Source of the DNA: Cyanobacteria bacterium UBA1221
GTDB taxonomy: Bacteria; Cyanobacteriota; Vampirovibrionia; Gastranaerophilales; Gastranaerophilaceae
Length of the DNA: 64,000 nucleotides
Assembly: GCA_002309425.1 (NCBI GenBank)
Contig: DBXD01000066.1
Span: 9,809-73,808, forward strand
Direction of reading: 5' to 3'
The notes beneath the pieces were generated by a model. It ran no database searches. It had not been told where the DNA came from and worked only from the letters and a program-made list of their open reading frames with translations. Positions within the stretch are counted from its first letter, which is position 1. Each line of letters starts with the position of its first letter. The translations under genes and the position numbers were made by a program. This document shows positions 53,305 to 62,978 of the stretch, one piece after another.

Positions 53305-56300
53305 TTATGCCACAACCTCTTCCGGTTCTTCTAATTTTGAATCCAGAGATTTTATATCAATCGTAATCCTGTCGTTAAAAGTTTTGTTTAAGAGATTTAC
53401 CAGGTCATTACAAGTATCTACCCAAAACATTGATGATGTAAGCACCTTTGTTTCATCTCCTTCTTCCGCCATTTTAAGCATAACGGGATCAGAACCCTTA
53501 AATTGGCACAATTTATTTTTCAAAAATACAAGTTCTTCAAACTTAAATTCGTCATTTAACTTTATTGAAAATATATTTGAATTATCAACGGGTTTAACTG
53601 TATCCACCAATATGGTAGCGTGTTCATCTCCTTCTCTGCGGCTGATTTTGCCTGAAACAATTATTCTTTGCTCTGTTTGCAGATAATCACCATATGAAGC
53701 AATTACAGAGTTAAATGCCAACGTTTCAACCTTGCCGGTTAAATCTTCTACTGTCGTAAATTTGATGTATTTAGTCGGATCCTTTTTAGTCGGAATTTGC
53801 TTTGTCGCTGTCACAAGTCCGCATATTGTTACGACTTTGTCGTCCGGCAACTTATCGAGTTCAGAAATCTTGTGGGTCATCAAAAAGGGCAACTTGTCCC
53901 TTATCGTTGACAGGGGATGGCTCGTGACATAAAAGCCCAGAAATTCTTTTTCAAACATCTGGATTTGGCGCTGGTCATACTCTTCATCCGAACCTGCCAG
54001 CTGAAATTTTGCATCCTGAATCTCATCAGCGTTTCCAAGCATATCAAACAGACTGGTCTGGCCTGATTCTTTTTGCTTTGCTTCCTTTGAGGCTGTTGCC
54101 GTTATGTATTCTATATTATCCCACAACTGTTTACGGCTTTTTTCAAGCGTTGAGAATGCACCTGCTTTAATTAGACCCTCTAACGTTTTTTTATTACAAC
54201 ACTTTGAATCGACACGTTTTATGTAATCATATATAGATTTAAAAGGCCCGTTTGCATTTCTTTCTTTTATGATTTCTTCGATTACACCTTCTCCGACTTG
54301 TTTTATTGAGGCTAGTCCAAAACGAATATTCCCGTTATCGGGCGTAAATGTTGACATTGAGTGGTTTATATCGGGAGGCAAAACTTTTATACCTTTTTTC
54401 TGCGCTTCTTCTATATATAGCTGAGTTTTTTCCTGCTCGCCCGCAACACTGGATAATAAGGCTGATAAATACTCAACAGGATAATGGCACTTTAAATATG
54501 CCGTCTGGTATGCAACAAATGCGTATGCGGCAGAGTGGCTTCGGTTAAAGCAGTATGATGCAAACGCAAGAATTTGGTTAAACAAGGCTTCTGCATCTTT
54601 TGCGGACATTCCGTGCTGAGCGGAGCGTTCTATAAATTTACCTTTCTGCTGCTCCATCTCATCAACTTTTTTCTTACCCATCATACGGCGAACCATATCC
54701 GCTTGTCCGAGAGAATAATCCGCCAACGTCTGGAACACCTGCATAATTTGCTCCTGATATACAATAGTTCCATAGGTATCTTTTAATACAGGCTCTAATA
54801 GCGGATGGGCATACGTTATCTGCTGTCTGCCGTGTTTACGTTCAACAAAATCATCTACCATTCCCGAATCCAACGGTCCCGGACGGAACAACGCAACCAA
54901 AGCGCCCAAATCTTCAAATACGTCAGGCTTTAATTTTTTAACAAGGTTTTTCATTCCTTGAGATTCAAGCTGAAAGACACCGTCAGTATCCCCTGTCATA
55001 AGCATCTCATATACAGGCTTGTCATCCAGCGGAATATTGTTTATATCAAGTTCAATACCCTGCTGCTCTTTTATCATATCAACTGTTTTGTATATAGTGG
55101 TGATATTTCTTAACCCCAAAAAGTCCATCTTTAAAAGGCTGAGGACTTCCGTAACATCATGCGGAGGGTAACCCGTCTGGATAATACCATCCTTTGACGG
55201 CTGAACCGGCAGAATTTCATCAAGCGGTTTGGGTGCAATAATTACACCTGCAGCATGAGTACCCGTGTTATTTTTAATTCCCTCAATTCCGATTGCCAAA
55301 TCTATAATCTTTTTCATACCGACGGTTTTACCTTCCATCGGGTCACCAACGGGAACCTGATAATCCTGATCATACAGAGTTTTTAATTCAGAACCGTCAT
55401 ACTGCATTGCTTTTCCAAGAGTTTTAGCTTTATCATCTATGCTCATTGCAAGTTCTATTGCAGAATCGATAAGCCCTGCAAGCCGATTACTCTCGGAAAA
55501 TGGTACTCTCAATATTCTTGCTACGCCTTTAAATGCCGCTTTTGCCGCATAGGTACCGAACGTAATAATCTGACAGACTTTATCTTCACCGTATTTTTGG
55601 GTAACATAGTCAATAACTTCCCCGCGGCGTTCAATACAGAAATCTATATCTATATCAGGCATTGTAAAACGTTCCGGATTCAAAAATCTTTCAAACAACA
55701 GTTTATGCTGTATAGGGTCAAGATCGGTTATTTCAAGCGCATATGCTACAATAGAACCTGCAGCCGAACCACGCCCGGGACCAACCGGAATGCCGTGAGT
55801 TTTTGCATAGTGTATAAAATCCCAGGTAATGAGAAAATATGCAGAAAATCCCATCTGCTCAATAACACCGATTTCATAGTTTGCACGTTCTTTTAATTCA
55901 GGAGTAACCTCGCCATATCGCTTTTTCAACCCCTCAAATACCAGATGTTCAAAATAAGATTCCAGTGTATATCCCTGCGGAACTTTATAATCCGGCAGGG
56001 GACTTTTACCGAGTTCAAGTATCAAATGACATTTTTCGGATATATCAACCGTATTTTGAATACATTTGTCAAAAGTTTCCGAGTCCATCCACTTGAACGC
56101 ATCTCTTAACTGTTCAGCAGTCTTTACGTAAAACTCATTATTCGGAAAATGAAATCTGTTCGGGTCATCTTTATCGCTGTTTGTCTGCATACACAGTAAA
56201 GTATCGTGCATATCAGCGTCTTCTTTATTCAGATAATGCGAGTCATTAGTGATGACCATCTGTATATCCAAATCTTTTGCGATTTTCATCAACTCGGGGT

Positions 56301-56868
56301 TTGTACGTTTTTGCTCATCCAAACCGTGATCCTGAAGTTCAATATAATAATCTTCTCCAAAAAGCTCTTTATACTGTTTTGCAACGGAATATGCCTTTTC
56401 CTTATCACCTTTTAAAAGGTTCTGCAATACTTCTCCGCCTAAACAAGCAGATAAGCATATTAACCCCTCGTGATGTTTTTCTATAAGCTCCCAGTTAATT
56501 CTCGGATGCACATACTTACCTTTACACCAGGCAATAGAGGTTAATTTGATTAAATTCTGATACCCCGCTTTATTTTTTACCAATAATACCAGGTGATAAC
56601 AGGGGTTGTGCAGTTTGTTCTTTTCCTCTATATCCCCGTCATGCACATAAAATTCACAACCAAGAATCGGCTTAATACCGTTTTCCTTAGCAGTTGTATA
56701 TAACTCCATATCACCGTACATTACGCCGTGATCAGTCAGCGCAACCGCAGGCATCTCATTCTCCTTGGCAAAATTTACCAAGTCGCTGATTCTGATTGCC
56801 CCATCCAAAAGAGAATATTCACTGTGGACATGCAAAGGTACATACGGTCTGTTTGTCATGGTATCCAT
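53305..56868 (-). CDS. dnaE: DNA polymerase III alpha subunit
   Basis: 1187 aa. PHP start YVPLHVHSEYSLLDGA. GFSAYFLITWDFI. GPGRGSAAGSIVAYALEITD. PDIDIDF. LLKMDFLGLRNIT. FNRSHSAAYA. Confidence 0.97.
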   Translation of the reverse strand: MDTMTNRPYVPLHVHSEYSLLDGAIRISDLVNFAKENEMPAVALTDHGVMYGDMELYTTAKENGIKPILGCEFYVHDGDIEEKNKLHNPCYHLVLLVKNKAGYQNLIKLTSIAWCKGKYVHPRINWELIEKHHEGLICLSACLGGEVLQNLLKGDKEKAYSVAKQYKELFGEDYYIELQDHGLDEQKRTNPELMKIAKDLDIQMVITNDSHYLNKEDADMHDTLLCMQTNSDKDDPNRFHFPNNEFYVKTAEQLRDAFKWMDSETFDKCIQNTVDISEKCHLILELGKSPLPDYKVPQGYTLESYFEHLVFEGLKKRYGEVTPELKERANYEIGVIEQMGFSAYFLITWDFIHYAKTHGIPVGPGRGSAAGSIVAYALEITDLDPIQHKLLFERFLNPERFTMPDIDIDFCIERRGEVIDYVTQKYGEDKVCQIITFGTYAAKAAFKGVARILRVPFSESNRLAGLIDSAIELAMSIDDKAKTLGKAMQYDGSELKTLYDQDYQVPVGDPMEGKTVGMKKIIDLAIGIEGIKNNTGTHAAGVIIAPKPLDEILPVQPSKDGIIQTGYPPHDVTEVLSLLKMDFLGLRNITTIYKTVDMIKEQQGIELDINNIPLDDKPVYEMLMTGDTDGVFQLESQGMKNLVKKLKPDVFEDLGALVALFRPGPLDSGMVDDFVERKHGRQQITYAHPLLEPVLKDTYGTIVYQEQIMQVFQTLADYSLGQADMVRRMMGKKKVDEMEQQKGKFIERSAQHGMSAKDAEALFNQILAFASYCFNRSHSAAYAFVAYQTAYLKCHYPVEYLSALLSSVAGEQEKTQLYIEEAQKKGIKVLPPDINHSMSTFTPDNGNIRFGLASIKQVGEGVIEEIIKERNANGPFKSIYDYIKRVDSKCCNKKTLEGLIKAGAFSTLEKSRKQLWDNIEYITATASKEAKQKESGQTSLFDMLGNADEIQDAKFQLAGSDEEYDQRQIQMFEKEFLGFYVTSHPLSTIRDKLPFLMTHKISELDKLPDDKVVTICGLVTATKQIPTKKDPTKYIKFTTVEDLTGKVETLAFNSVIASYGDYLQTEQRIIVSGKISRREGDEHATILVDTVKPVDNSNIFSIKLNDEFKFEELVFLKNKLCQFKGSDPVMLKMAEEGDETKVLTSSMFWVDTCNDLVNLLNKTFNDRITIDIKSLDSKLEEPEEVVA

Positions 56869-56913
56869 GTTAACATACGGGAAAAGATTTTTCTTAGATT
56901 GTTAATTTTTATT
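56812..56913 (-). repeat. copy A of a ~100-nt direct repeat (dnaE leader plus first ~19 codons)
   Basis: The core 56847-56913 matches 59156-59222, differing at one position over the first 46 nt and at several positions in the AT-rich last ~20 nt. Weaker similarity continues into the coding part. Confidence 0.8.
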
Positions 56914-56967
56914 ATTTTAGATTTTAGTTCATTCGAAATCCCATTAAATTTCAGAAAGCAAATAAAG

Positions 56968-58959
56968 CTACTTCTTTTTATATTTTGAGTAATCATCACC
57001 GGCTAATAAACTCACTCTGTTTGGGTCACTAAACAGCATGTCTACGTCTGAATATACTTCATTTTTGGCTTGTTCGTCCAAAGCATTTTGATATTTTTGT
57101 AAAAACTCTTTAGAATCAACTTCTTGTTCATCTACGTAATATTTTCCGCCATATACTCTGAAAGATACTGATTCATCATCACCATCAGCATTTTCACCAA
57201 TTTTAATTTCGCACTCTGAACCCGGATTGAATCCCGCGTCTATCACGTCCTGATCCATATTAAGCGCTGCATCATATTGATCTTTGTTCACTACATGCGA
57301 ATTTACCATATATTGTTCAAATTCACTATTACCGAATTTGACATGCTCATGATGTATATTTTCCGATACCCTGTTTGAGTTATTTCCTGCAGCCGGTATT
57401 GTCGTATTATTTAAAGCGGTATCCGTATTTTGACCGCTTGCTCCTTGAGGTGCGGTATTTGCTTTTGAGTTATACACCGTTTTAACCCCGTTTGCTGATG
57501 TTTTAACTGTTTGCGGATGATTAACTTCATAGTCCTCAGACTTCACCATGAGCCCGCTGCCACCCTTTGATACAGTCATTTCATCAAGTACTCGGTCTTG
57601 TTGTCGGGCATCAACTTGACGGAGAGTTTCATCTCCGCTGTTATATGCAGCTATATTTATACTTTGGTCATCATATGAACCATTTTCAAGATTTGTATGC
57701 TTATCCCTCTGTGTTATAGAGCCGTCATCGTTCATTGTATATATAGAATATCCGTTATCAACGCTCTCTCCGGGCTTCAAACTCAGAATAGCTTCTCTGT
57801 CATTAAGGACTTTTTGTCTGTCTGCATCCGAGTATTTACCACTAGCAAGCTTACTATCTTGGTATTCCAGGTGATCTCGTCCTACTTCCTGTCCTTGGCT
57901 ACCATCAGTCTTGGATAGTGTCTGGGCTTCTCCCTCCTGCTGTTTTAAATTGTTAATTTTTTCGTCCGCTTTTGGTATTGCATCATTTTGAACTTTAGTT
58001 TGCTCACCTTTATCATTATTAAAAGTCTGAGTTGCTCCTTTAACATCTTGTCCTGTTTTTTGTTTATTACTATTAGCCTTATCAAGTTGGCCCTCAGCAT
58101 TTTGAAGATTGTTGTTTGCATCGTTTAAGCCTTGTTGTGCCTTGTCTTTTTGAGCATCTGCCTTATTAAGTTCATCTTTAGTTTTTTGCTCTTGTATTTT
58201 TGCTTCATCTACCTTTCTCTGTGCGGCATCTACTCTTTGCTGAGCTGCCAATCTGCCGTCCTCTGTTGTTTGGATAGACAAATTCATATTTGCAAAATCA
58301 AGTTCAGCCTGCGCCTCATTTAAACTAATAGTTGCCTCATTGTTTGCGGTTTGCGCAACTTGCTGCTGTCCATCGGCAACCGACAGATTCTGTTCAGAAG
58401 TAGCTACTCCTTCCTGGGCAACGCTCTGCCCCTCCTTTGCATTATTTACCTGCTGAGTTGCGCCGGTATCTGCCTTTTGCGCATTCGCTATACCTGTTTG
58501 ATCCTGCTCTACTTTTGTATTTAAGTCTTGATTTTGCTGTACAACATTCTCTTTTACAGTTTCTGCTTCTTTTAACGTATTTGCTCCGTTTATCCAACCT
58601 GATATTTTCTGAAACAGGTTTTTGAAAATCCCTGCACCATCATTTTTGCTTGCCGCAACTATTGATGTAGCTGCACTTGCTATACCTACACCCATTGCAA
58701 TTTTTGACAGTATATCTGCCCCGGAAGATTTTGTATTACCTCCTGCAACATTAGTTTTTCTTTCTAAATTATCCCAATAGTTTGAACTTAATTTCTGAGT
58801 ATATTTACCGGGAACCCTGTTTACAAATATACTGCCAAAAGGACCTGCAGTAGGGCTGGCACCTGCATTAATACTACCGGCAGCCTGCTTTTTTGACTGA
58901 CGTAAGGATTGCAGCGTTAGCTGTCCAAATTGACAATTATTATAGCCTATTTTCTGCAT
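56968..58959 (-). CDS. hypothetical Q/N/A-rich coiled-coil protein with one N-proximal hydrophobic segment
   Basis: 663 aa with AAGGAA RBS. N-terminus MQKIGYNNCQFGQ. ILSKIAMGVGIASAATSIVAA. A ~250-aa segment of QQ/NA/KA heptad-like sequence. Globular C-terminal third. Confidence 0.6.
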   Translation of the reverse strand: MQKIGYNNCQFGQLTLQSLRQSKKQAAGSINAGASPTAGPFGSIFVNRVPGKYTQKLSSNYWDNLERKTNVAGGNTKSSGADILSKIAMGVGIASAATSIVAASKNDGAGIFKNLFQKISGWINGANTLKEAETVKENVVQQNQDLNTKVEQDQTGIANAQKADTGATQQVNNAKEGQSVAQEGVATSEQNLSVADGQQQVAQTANNEATISLNEAQAELDFANMNLSIQTTEDGRLAAQQRVDAAQRKVDEAKIQEQKTKDELNKADAQKDKAQQGLNDANNNLQNAEGQLDKANSNKQKTGQDVKGATQTFNNDKGEQTKVQNDAIPKADEKINNLKQQEGEAQTLSKTDGSQGQEVGRDHLEYQDSKLASGKYSDADRQKVLNDREAILSLKPGESVDNGYSIYTMNDDGSITQRDKHTNLENGSYDDQSINIAAYNSGDETLRQVDARQQDRVLDEMTVSKGGSGLMVKSEDYEVNHPQTVKTSANGVKTVYNSKANTAPQGASGQNTDTALNNTTIPAAGNNSNRVSENIHHEHVKFGNSEFEQYMVNSHVVNKDQYDAALNMDQDVIDAGFNPGSECEIKIGENADGDDESVSFRVYGGKYYVDEQEVDSKEFLQKYQNALDEQAKNEVYSDVDMLFSDPNRVSLLAGDDYSKYKKK

Positions 58960-59093
58960 TTTTATTCCTTATTTATAGGACTGCATATTTTTAACTTCTG
59001 CGAAACTATTTTTTACTCTCAATCTTCGTAGTTCAATCGCAATTATATACTATATATATAAAAAACTTTAGGCTTTTAGAATTTCAAAAATTT

Positions 59094-59177
59094 TTAATAT
59101 TGTAAAATATCTTCACAAATATAATACTTACTGCTTACATGCAAAAATGTACCCAGTCTGTTTGTCATGGTATCCAT
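59094..59177 (-). pseudogene. relic copy of the dnaE 5' end (27 codons)
   Basis: Reads MDTMTNRLGTFLHVSSKYYICEDILQY*. The first 7 codons are identical to dnaE (MDTMTNR). Later LHV-S--Y still echoes the dnaE sequence PYVPLHVHSEYS. Confidence 0.6.
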
Positions 59178-59222
59178 GCTAACATACGGGAAAAGATTTT
59201 TTGTCATTTGTTAATTTTTATT
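59121..59222 (-). repeat. copy B of the dnaE-leader direct repeat
   Basis: See copy A. It lies between the 720-aa gene stop and the 663-aa gene. Confidence 0.8.
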
Positions 59223-59232
59223 TATTAAAAAT

Positions 59233-61395
59233 TTAAGTTTGTTTTAAAGTTTTACTTAACAAATCCGCAACCAATGCAACTGTTTTTGGGAAATACCTTT
59301 GCAAATAGTAAGCTCTCTCGGCAGTAAAAGAACCTTTTGAAAACGTATTCAGCAGCATATGAGTTTCTGCAACTGTTTCTTCTCTGCCGGTTGCCGCATC
59401 CTTGCCGGAGCCGGAGAAATAAGAAATCATATCTTGTTCCTGAGAGGTATGATTTTTCTTAAAATTTTCAAATTCCTCTTCCCAGCATTTAATAAAATCT
59501 TCATTACCTGAAATATAAGCTTCCATGATTGAACCATCTATGTAATGCCCGAACTCATGCATTAATATCGAGAATATTACATCGCTACGCACGGTATCAT
59601 CGGCACAATCCGTACGTTCACCCAGTTCTACTAAATTTTCACCCTTATTATAATGTCCATTATTTGCTTTAAACTCGCCATAGGTCATTTTTTCAAGCGG
59701 ATGATTTGACATAAATATCAGAAGTTCAGCAGGGAATTTCGTAATTATATCCCGATATATTTCGGCACCGGGACTTCTGAAGAGTTTTGCCAAATCAATT
59801 TCGGATGTTTCTTTATTTGTCTCATCAGTAACTGTCATTTTTTGATTTTCATCAATATTTATTGAATAAACCTTATCATTTACGGTATAAACAAAACTAT
59901 TTTCACCTGTTTTTTTCAAATTTTGATTTTTTTGATATAAAACTTCATGCTGACCGTTTTCATCAGTATTAACACCCAATATCTGATAATGTAACTCATA
60001 TTCACCCGTATTCGGATTCGATTTTAATAAGAAATGAGTAGTGTTGCCATCATCATCAGGAATATCTTTTGTTATTACTCGTTCCGCAGTATCGGGGTTT
60101 ACCGTTCCTGATTGCAATACTGCTTCATTGCCGTCGGCATCATATTCCCTGACATCTAATACACCTTCAATATCACTCTTCTGAATTACTTCTGTCCTTA
60201 TAACATTTCCGGCATCATCCATATAAATATTTGTAGTACTTATTATATCAGAGGTAATCGGAGTTCCAAGGTCCGGCAGCTGGCTTTCGGTTCCACATAC
60301 AACAATTTGCTTCATATTAAGATTTTTATTGTATATTTCAACAGTCCTTTTACCATTATCCTCTGTTACCGTTAATTCTTCAGGATACTCCATACCCATT
60401 ATGAAACGGTATGTTTTGCCATCAATATTTACATCCCTGATATCACGATTAACCATCGTGGCATTGGGAACATTATGAATTTCGAGTTTTGCTTCCGGAT
60501 TATTAAGCATTAATTCGTACAAGGTATTTGAGCCGCTCTTAATAACGAATACGGCATCCTTTGAACTTAATGGCGAGTCTTTACGGTTCTCGGCAGTTAA
60601 AAGCTGCATCACTCTGTCCAACTGCTCCGGCGGAACCGATAGAATTTCCATAATATCTATTCCGCCTAATTGAGAATCTCCACGGTTATCCAAATTATAA
60701 AATTCATCAAATCTGTCATAGTTTTCTTCCGGAATATCAAATTTTCTTCTGCAATCGGTTACCATAGTAATTATCTCATCGGCAGAAAATCTTTTATATT
60801 TCAAAAATCTTCTTGCAATCTGTAATTCCTCATCACTTAACATAGCCAATTTTAAACAGTCTTGTTCCGAGAATTGTTCATTTTCCCTTTCTTGTATTGA
60901 TTTGAATTCTTTTGCTCTATCAAGCAATTCCGGTGTAATCTCAATTTCCGGAGTTTCTTCTTCTTCGGTCAATTTTTCAAAAACAACTTCGCCATCCACC
61001 GACTCAACCGGCTCTTCCCCTGGTCCGGCAGCAATTTCCTCATCAGCAGAGTTTTCTTTTAGGGTCAACAAAAAACTAAAAACATCTTTGACAAGTTCCT
61101 TATCCGTTTTTGGAGAATTTTGAAGTTTATCTTTATTTGTATTAATAAAATTCAAGGCTTCCTGCTCATTCATTATAGCAAATGCTCCGGGTCTGTTATC
61201 TTTAACATCTGACTTTGCAGAAGACGCTATTCTTGTAAAGATATTCATTATTTCACTTTGGTCAATTTTACTATCCCCATTAGAATCAAATATGTTAAAA
61301 ATTTCAGGGCAGTTTTTAAAATCTTTTTCAGTTAATTCCGTCTTGCTTTTGTACCCAAAAAGAAAACCTATATTTAGTTCAAAATTATCACTCAT
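59233..61395 (-). CDS. EF-hand protein with C-terminal HExxH metallopeptidase-like domain
   Basis: 720 aa with GAGGT RBS. N-terminus MSDNFELNIG. Canonical EF loop DSNGDSKIDQSE. C-terminal VIFSILMHEFGHYIDGS. Confidence 0.6.
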   Translation of the reverse strand: MSDNFELNIGFLFGYKSKTELTEKDFKNCPEIFNIFDSNGDSKIDQSEIMNIFTRIASSAKSDVKDNRPGAFAIMNEQEALNFINTNKDKLQNSPKTDKELVKDVFSFLLTLKENSADEEIAAGPGEEPVESVDGEVVFEKLTEEEETPEIEITPELLDRAKEFKSIQERENEQFSEQDCLKLAMLSDEELQIARRFLKYKRFSADEIITMVTDCRRKFDIPEENYDRFDEFYNLDNRGDSQLGGIDIMEILSVPPEQLDRVMQLLTAENRKDSPLSSKDAVFVIKSGSNTLYELMLNNPEAKLEIHNVPNATMVNRDIRDVNIDGKTYRFIMGMEYPEELTVTEDNGKRTVEIYNKNLNMKQIVVCGTESQLPDLGTPITSDIISTTNIYMDDAGNVIRTEVIQKSDIEGVLDVREYDADGNEAVLQSGTVNPDTAERVITKDIPDDDGNTTHFLLKSNPNTGEYELHYQILGVNTDENGQHEVLYQKNQNLKKTGENSFVYTVNDKVYSINIDENQKMTVTDETNKETSEIDLAKLFRSPGAEIYRDIITKFPAELLIFMSNHPLEKMTYGEFKANNGHYNKGENLVELGERTDCADDTVRSDVIFSILMHEFGHYIDGSIMEAYISGNEDFIKCWEEEFENFKKNHTSQEQDMISYFSGSGKDAATGREETVAETHMLLNTFSKGSFTAERAYYLQRYFPKTVALVADLLSKTLKQT

Positions 61396-61430
61396 TTTTT
61401 ACCTCATTCTTATTCTTATATTTACTACTG

Positions 61431-62798
61431 TCATAATTCTGGCTGCGGTGTCTTTTTTGCACCGGGGAAATCAATCTCCGAAGCAGTTTCAAAAAATTTT
61501 GCCAGTTCGGCAGGAACCCTTACTTCTGAAATATTATTGTAATCATTGCAGGTTATTATTAGTTCATTTGTTTTCGCATCATAACCTCTTACGGACAGGG
61601 CATGTCCGGCGGGAATATATGTACCGTCAGATAAATATACCCCGAAAGGGCCATAACATCCTTTTTCTCCGTCTGATAACGTGATTGACCCCCAGGCTGT
61701 CATTGAATACATCATATTCTGAGGAGGAATCCAACTTAAATCACCATTATTTCCTGAAGTATCAATGCCTTTTCGGGTCAATTCATCCTTATTAAGAATA
61801 TTTATTTGCGAGTGCTTGGGCAGCGTTGAAAAATCAATAACATCTTCAAGATGCTGATTATCCACTTTTTTGTTTTCATGCGGAGGGGTAAATTTATTTT
61901 GGGTATCAAAAGACCAAAGCCCCCCGGGCTCAACTGCACCAAAGCGCTTAACATATGCCATAAGAAGCAATGTCACGTCATCATCGCCTTTTGGGAAATC
62001 CGCAATCTCTCGTTCTTCATTATTTTCATCTTTTATCGTAACAGTTTTATTTTGCAAATCTTCCTCGGTAACCGTTACATAAATATCTGTACCGAAATCG
62101 CATGGGAATTGGACCTCCCAGTATTTTTTACCATTCTCATCAATTTTGGGTTCTTTTTCGCACATTTGAGCAATTTCTTCATCAGACATAGTATCCAGTT
62201 GTGCCAGAATAGTACAATAGCTGCTCGTACTGTCTTGTACAAAAGTTCCTATATGTCCGTCAACAATATCACTGTTTCTGTCCTGTATTGCTCTCTCATT
62301 TCTCGCAGTTTTAAGCATATTTTTTAACTTTTTCGGATTTGCATTTTTTGTTTCAATTCCATAACTTTCCAATTCTTCAATAATTTCGTCCTGCTCCATC
62401 TGGTTAATATCTTTTAAATTGCGGGCTTCATCAAGGCCTTTAACATTTCCCGAATCTTTTTCTTTATATTTTCCGTACTCCAATTCGTTCATCTCTATGA
62501 AGGCATCCTCTAAACACCCGCTCAATTGCTCATAACTCCATATACTTTTATTTTCTGCTTCATTACCCTGCTGCGTGTTATATGCCTTTAAAGCTTCTGC
62601 ATATTGTTCATATTCAGCTTTAGATATCTTACCAAATTCATTCCTCGATATTTTTCCGTCAAAATTTTTGTCAAAAACAGAAAATATTGCATTTAAGTTT
62701 AAACTTTTGTCAGTAGTATCACCATGTCTTTTATTCAAATATTCCTGACGTTTGGTTACATACTCTTTAACCTTGTTCAAATCAAAATTATTATCCAT
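61431..62798 (-). CDS. EF-hand protein with C-terminal clan-CA (calpain-like) cysteine peptidase pattern
   Basis: Start placed at MDNNFDLNK (AGGA 7 nt upstream, and it parallels MSDNFELN of the next gene). The ORF track extends to 62825. EF loop DKNFDGKISRNE. FVQDSTSSYCTILAQL (Gln...Cys). PAGHALSVRGYD (compare calpain GHAYSV). Then ...ITCNDYN. Confidence 0.55.
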   Translation of the reverse strand: MDNNFDLNKVKEYVTKRQEYLNKRHGDTTDKSLNLNAIFSVFDKNFDGKISRNEFGKISKAEYEQYAEALKAYNTQQGNEAENKSIWSYEQLSGCLEDAFIEMNELEYGKYKEKDSGNVKGLDEARNLKDINQMEQDEIIEELESYGIETKNANPKKLKNMLKTARNERAIQDRNSDIVDGHIGTFVQDSTSSYCTILAQLDTMSDEEIAQMCEKEPKIDENGKKYWEVQFPCDFGTDIYVTVTEEDLQNKTVTIKDENNEEREIADFPKGDDDVTLLLMAYVKRFGAVEPGGLWSFDTQNKFTPPHENKKVDNQHLEDVIDFSTLPKHSQINILNKDELTRKGIDTSGNNGDLSWIPPQNMMYSMTAWGSITLSDGEKGCYGPFGVYLSDGTYIPAGHALSVRGYDAKTNELIITCNDYNNISEVRVPAELAKFFETASEIDFPGAKKTPQPEL

Positions 62799-62978
62799 AA
62801 AAATCCTACAATTAAATTTAACCATAATATTTTACGGAATATTTTCAAATTACTTTAATAATAAACTCAAAACTTTAATAATTATTTACAATTTATAAGG
62901 TTCTTTGAACAATACAAAACTCCCATAAATAATTCATATTAAATTCTTTATGAACATTATTTAATTTACATTTTAAAA

